40,310 bases of DNA from Abditibacteriaceae bacterium (GTDB lineage: Bacteria; Armatimonadota; Abditibacteriia; Abditibacteriales; Abditibacteriaceae). Positions 36,443-40,310 of the stretch are shown piece after piece. The first letter of the stretch is position 1. Each line of letters starts with the position of its first letter. The translations under genes were made by a program, and so were the position numbers. The notes below the pieces were generated by a model, which had not been told where the DNA came from, made no database searches, and was given only the letters and a program-made list of their open reading frames with translations. The DNA is taken from positions 1 through 40,310 of the forward strand of contig JANMKN010000393.1 in NCBI GenBank assembly GCA_031372065.1, in the 5' to 3' direction.

Positions 36443-39424
36443 TTATTGGACTGTTTGCACCAAGGCGGCGTTTTGCGGAAACACCCAAATGCTTTGTCCA
36501 TTCGATACAGTAGCCGACAAAGGCCGCACTGTGCCGTCAATCATAACCTGCTGTAACTTCATGAGCTTGTTAGCCACTTTGTCAGGCACTTTCGTCAGTT
36601 TGACAGCACTTTTTTCGGCATCGCCGCTACCTAACGAAGTTCCCAACGAAGCCGAAATCTCGCTTATGGCGGCATTGCGGGGCGCTTGAAGGGCAACAGC
36701 TTTCGTTTCGATGCGTCCGGCGGCAGGCTCGTTATGTAACGCGAAGCGCGTGCCGGGCGTATCCGCATAAAACTTCCAATTGTCGTTTTCGACGAGCAAT
36801 TCAAAACTGCCGCGTTCCAGATAAACGTCCATCAAAGGGCGATTTTCGATGGAAATTTGCACCGGTTGAACCGCTGGTTTACCCAAAGTTGTCACCGGGC
36901 CTTGCCCCAGCACATCAATGCGCCATTGGTTCGGCACGGGCACCATTTTTTTGGTCTGGCTCGACAATCTCATGTCCGGGCCGGCCACTTCGTCTTTATT
37001 GCGGGCGTCCGTGACCATTTTTATCATAAAACGACGGCTCTCCACAAGCGGCTTGCCATCTAAAGATAACGCTAAGATGGTTCCGCTGTTGAGATTGCGC
37101 ACGCGCAGACCGGGTGACAACACCCGTCCGACACCGCTGAGATTGCCGCAAATCGCTTGAAAATACTTGGAGGAAACCACTAAACGCCCGCTGGCGGCAT
37201 CGCGCATCATTTCGCCGGTGTCGGAGGAAAAGACGCTGTGCGCATTGGCATCGTGTGCGTTGGGCACGCCATAAAATATCTGCATCGCATCCAGCGCCGC
37301 GCGCAGCACCTCGGACGAATCCAACGAGCCGAATATCATGCGCTGCTTGTCCATATCGAGAAAACCGCTGCACGCATCGGCTTCTTCATTGAGGCCAATC
37401 GGACGAAAATTCGCGGCTTTCACGCGGCCCAAGGGCAAGCCAATGGTCACATCGCGCTTTTGCGTTTCGCGATTGTCGTAAAGAATGCCATCGTAAGTCA
37501 AAGCCGACGTGAACGACTTGGTAAACAGGTTATATTCCTTGAAATAATCAGGGTCGGCGTTAATGCGGCCATTGGAATTGTAACGCAGATTTTCGGTGTG
37601 CAACACGGCGGGAGCGCCTTCGTAACGCCCCACTCCACTGCGGCCCGGAGACACCAATAAATCGGTGTGTGCGCCTTCTTTCACCGAATACACATCGCCA
37701 TCATAAAAATCGTTTTCCAAACGCGTCGCCCAACCCAAGGCGTAAAATTGCTGATGATAACGCTCGTAGGAAAACACATCTACATCATTATAAGGCACCA
37801 CAATGCGATGCAAACTGGGCTGCACCAAATACTGCAAGAAAATCTGCGCGCCAACGCCACAAAGTCCCCAACGCGAGGGGTCGGAGCGCACATTGAAATA
37901 CGAAACGCGTGCAGTGGGACGAGTTTCGTAAACAAACAAAATCATGGCATCCAAATCGTGCAGCGCCGCGTAACAGGCGGCTTCGATGATGCCACCGGCG
38001 CGATTGCGATTGGGCCAGCAATAATTCCACTCGCGCACGACCAAAGGCCGATTCTTCACCCGCGACAAACTAACAGCGGCGGCCATCGAGTGGTCGTCAA
38101 TATCGTTCATCGGGTTGTGATTGTGAAAATACGACGGTGGTTGCCACGCTGGTTTGCTGGCGGGCCAGTAAGGATGATCGTAATAAAAGTTGGTGCCGAT
38201 AAAATCCAGTTCTTCGCTGAGTGATTTCAAGTCGGCCAAATCTTCAAAGCGCCCGGTAGCGGACAAAGGGATGCGCACGCCAATCGAGCGCAAATAGGTT
38301 TTGATGTCTTTGAAAAACTTGCGGTGAACTTCATACGCAAAGCGGGCGCCATCGCTGCGGCGCGCGATTAAGGCATAGGCGCGCTGCGCTTCGGGCACCT
38401 GCGTTTCGTTCCACACCATCGCCGGAATTTCAATGGTGCCATTTTCCAGCGACTCGTTGGTCAACAATTCCGATTTGCCGCTGGCGCCCGTCCACGCCGC
38501 CGATAATTTGGCCGTGCTGCCATAGCGCGCTTTGAGCCAGTCGTTCCACATTTTGCGAAAGCGCGTGTTATACGGCTCCGGCATGGTGCGCCACACTTGG
38601 CGGCGCATAAATAAACCAGATTCGTCGTAAATTTCCAGCATCACTATCGCTGGATCATCGGCATAAGCCAGTCCGGTGTATGGATTGACGTGTTCGCGTA
38701 GCAATTTATAAGCGTATTCTTTTTGCAATTCGATCAAGCGCGCATCAAACACCGCATAAGGCCGCCCGGCGCGCCCGATGCCTTCGGGATTGACCACGCC
38801 ATCGCCTTCTTTGAAGCGGCGGTAATCCAGCAAATCCAGATAAACATAAATTCCCGCTTGTTTGGCCTTGTAAATCCAGTAATCCAACTTGCGCAAAGCC
38901 GCTTCGTTGAAATGGCGCGAATCATTTTTTTCCAGATCAATAATGCCGCCGCGCTCATCGAAGTGATGCAAGCGTAATAAATTGAAGCCTGCCGTGCGAA
39001 AGTTCTCAATTATCGCGTCAATATCGGCTTCCGGCTCTTGCAGCGAGGTATTCGCCACGTTAATGCCCCAAAAGCGCGCGCGCCGGCCATTCGGCCAGTA
39101 AAAATGCGCGCCGCGCGCCGACAGAAAGCCATATTTGCCCGCCGGAGCGTCCAGCAAATCGTCGAACGAATGCAGCGCCGAGCGTGGATACGGCGTGAGA
39201 TTCGGGTCCAGTAGCGGCGCCCGATTGTTTACCGAATCTGTTGTCACAGCAGGCGGCGCGGCTGGCCCTGTGGCTGGCCCTGCGGCCAATTCTGCGGCTT
39301 GCGCGGAGGCAGCGAGTGCCAAGCAACCGAAAAGTCCACCTAACAAAAAGCCGGTCACGCTGACCGGCTTTTGCCCTTGTTTGAATAACTTCGACAGAAA
39401 AGGATTTTTCGACAAGAATTTCAT
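36443..39424 (-). CDS. Secreted clan GH-A (GH5-like) glycoside hydrolase homolog
   Basis: RFWGINV, GFNLLRLHH, GIYVYLDL, NPYTGLAYADDPAIVMLEIYDE, VREWN; signal peptide ending AQA. Confidence 0.7.
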   Translation of the reverse strand: MKFLSKNPFLSKLFKQGQKPVSVTGFLLGGLFGCLALAASAQAAELAAGPATGPAAPPAVTTDSVNNRAPLLDPNLTPYPRSALHSFDDLLDAPAGKYGFLSARGAHFYWPNGRRARFWGINVANTSLQEPEADIDAIIENFRTAGFNLLRLHHFDERGGIIDLEKNDSRHFNEAALRKLDYWIYKAKQAGIYVYLDLLDYRRFKEGDGVVNPEGIGRAGRPYAVFDARLIELQKEYAYKLLREHVNPYTGLAYADDPAIVMLEIYDESGLFMRRQVWRTMPEPYNTRFRKMWNDWLKARYGSTAKLSAAWTGASGKSELLTNESLENGTIEIPAMVWNETQVPEAQRAYALIARRSDGARFAYEVHRKFFKDIKTYLRSIGVRIPLSATGRFEDLADLKSLSEELDFIGTNFYYDHPYWPASKPAWQPPSYFHNHNPMNDIDDHSMAAAVSLSRVKNRPLVVREWNYCWPNRNRAGGIIEAACYAALHDLDAMILFVYETRPTARVSYFNVRSDPSRWGLCGVGAQIFLQYLVQPSLHRIVVPYNDVDVFSYERYHQQFYALGWATRLENDFYDGDVYSVKEGAHTDLLVSPGRSGVGRYEGAPAVLHTENLRYNSNGRINADPDYFKEYNLFTKSFTSALTYDGILYDNRETQKRDVTIGLPLGRVKAANFRPIGLNEEADACSGFLDMDKQRMIFGSLDSSEVLRAALDAMQIFYGVPNAHDANAHSVFSSDTGEMMRDAASGRLVVSSKYFQAICGNLSGVGRVLSPGLRVRNLNSGTILALSLDGKPLVESRRFMIKMVTDARNKDEVAGPDMRLSSQTKKMVPVPNQWRIDVLGQGPVTTLGKPAVQPVQISIENRPLMDVYLERGSFELLVENDNWKFYADTPGTRFALHNEPAAGRIETKAVALQAPRNAAISEISASLGTSLGSGDAEKSAVKLTKVPDKVANKLMKLQQVMIDGTVRPLSATVSNGQSIWVFPQNAALVQTVQ

Positions 39425-39477
39425 AAGTTCAACAAACAACACCGGCTTTCCCTTTACATAAAGGAAGTCCCGTTTAT

Positions 39478-39942
39478 CTATTCGATCTCTTCGTCCACAT
39501 CGGCGACGACGGCTTCATCAATGATGGCTTCGGACGCGGCAAAAAATTGAATGCCTTTGGCGGCAATCGCCGAACCGAGGTAGCCCAACAGCAGCAGATA
39601 CAACACTTTGAGAATCTCGCCGCCAAAAGTGGCGATCACGAACCCAATTTGCGCCGCGTAATCGTTTTTCGGCACGCTGCCCAAATGCTCGCCGAAGGCC
39701 CTTTCAAAGCCATCCGCCGCCGTAAAGCGCGTGTAACCGTAAAACGCCTGCATAAACACATAAGCCAGCAGCGCGGCGCCGATGAGAAAGACAATCAAGC
39801 CCAACCAACGCGCCGTGCGCCGCCACACTCGCCCACTGATGCGCGCTTCCTGCGACACCACGCGGCGTTCTTTCACAACCGTCGCGACTACGCCGGACTT
39901 GGCTTCGACGGGATTAGGTTTCAGGTCTTCGGCGCGTGCCAT
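39478..39942 (-). CDS. Two-TM hypothetical membrane protein
   Basis: 154 aa, two hydrophobic helices, acidic tail. Confidence 0.75.
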   Translation of the reverse strand: MARAEDLKPNPVEAKSGVVATVVKERRVVSQEARISGRVWRRTARWLGLIVFLIGAALLAYVFMQAFYGYTRFTAADGFERAFGEHLGSVPKNDYAAQIGFVIATFGGEILKVLYLLLLGYLGSAIAAKGIQFFAASEAIIDEAVVADVDEEIE

Positions 39943-40103
39943 AGAGATACCTGTTGCGATTTTCCAACAAGTGACAAAACGAGCAACGCAGGCAGTTTAA
40001 AGGCGATGGCCTCGCGGGGCAACCACTACGCACCTTCATAGAGTAATAGAAAAGCTAAAACTGGCGTCGCGACAACGCCAAAGGGCCGCCAGTTTGCTTA
40101 TGA

Positions 40104-40151
40104 AAAATAAAAGCGGCGATAGAAATTGATTTCTATCGCCGCTTTTATTTT
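40104..40151 (-). terminator. Intrinsic terminator after the Calx-beta gene
   Basis: 23-bp perfect inverted repeat aaaataaaagcggcgatagaaat-tg-atttctatcgccgcttttatttt. Confidence 0.85.
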
Positions 40152-40162
40152 GTTACGCTCGT

Positions 40163-40309
40163 TTAACCGCCGGAAGCGTCATCGTTGAGGATGGTGCCCT
40201 GGCCTTGACCATCGCCGATGGTCGCACCCGCAGCGTTGCTCAAGTCTACGGTGAAGGTTTCATCGGCTTCGCTGGTTGTGTCGCCTACCACCGCAATCGT
40301 AACCGTTTT
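40163..40309 (-). CDS. C-terminus of a Calx-beta domain protein (starts beyond the window)
   Basis: Hand translation KTVTIAVVGDTTSEADETFTVDLSNAAGATIGDGQGQGTILNDDASGG*, typical of Calx-beta. Confidence 0.88.
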   Translation of the reverse strand, partial: KTVTIAVVGDTTSEADETFTVDLSNAAGATIGDGQGQGTILNDDASGG

Positions 40310-40310
40310 G

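Noticed and set aside
40058..40095. Inverted repeat aaactggcg...cgccagttt as a riboswitch
   Set aside because: Only a 9-bp stem with no recognisable aptamer motif

Overview
Gene-dense bacterial window of moderate GC. The gene set (DUF6785-type membrane protein, GntR/LacI-hybrid regulator, large secreted glycan proteins, Lpt proteins) suggests a diderm of Armatimonadota/Abditibacteriota type; this taxonomy is an inference. Housekeeping genes are an FKBP PPIase, dnaG, ychF, fabI, a DcuC-family transporter, an LptC/LptA-like ORF and an L-arabinose operon (araA, Zn-dependent dehydrogenase, araB, araD) interrupted by two foreign-looking genes. Glycan genes are a frameshifted ~1500-aa LamG protein, a degenerate GH106-like protein, a Tat-exported GH144-like protein and a clan GH-A-like protein. 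The most unusual region is an AT-rich islet at ~12.8-15.25 kb. It holds three tandem HEPN/DUF4145-type genes, two of them paralogs with intact RxxxxH motifs, and is bounded by a hairpin plus a 20/24-nt direct repeat. Upstream lies a promoter-driven, highly structured leader with an extreme SD, a possible ATA-start peptide and a terminator/antiterminator pair, making it a candidate RNA-controlled defence or toxin module. Also present are a MITE-like element, a REP-like palindrome and several 7- or 9-nt periodic intergenic palindromes. No rRNA, tRNA, CRISPR array, integrase or transposase was recognised. All family calls come from motif recognition by eye, not database searches.
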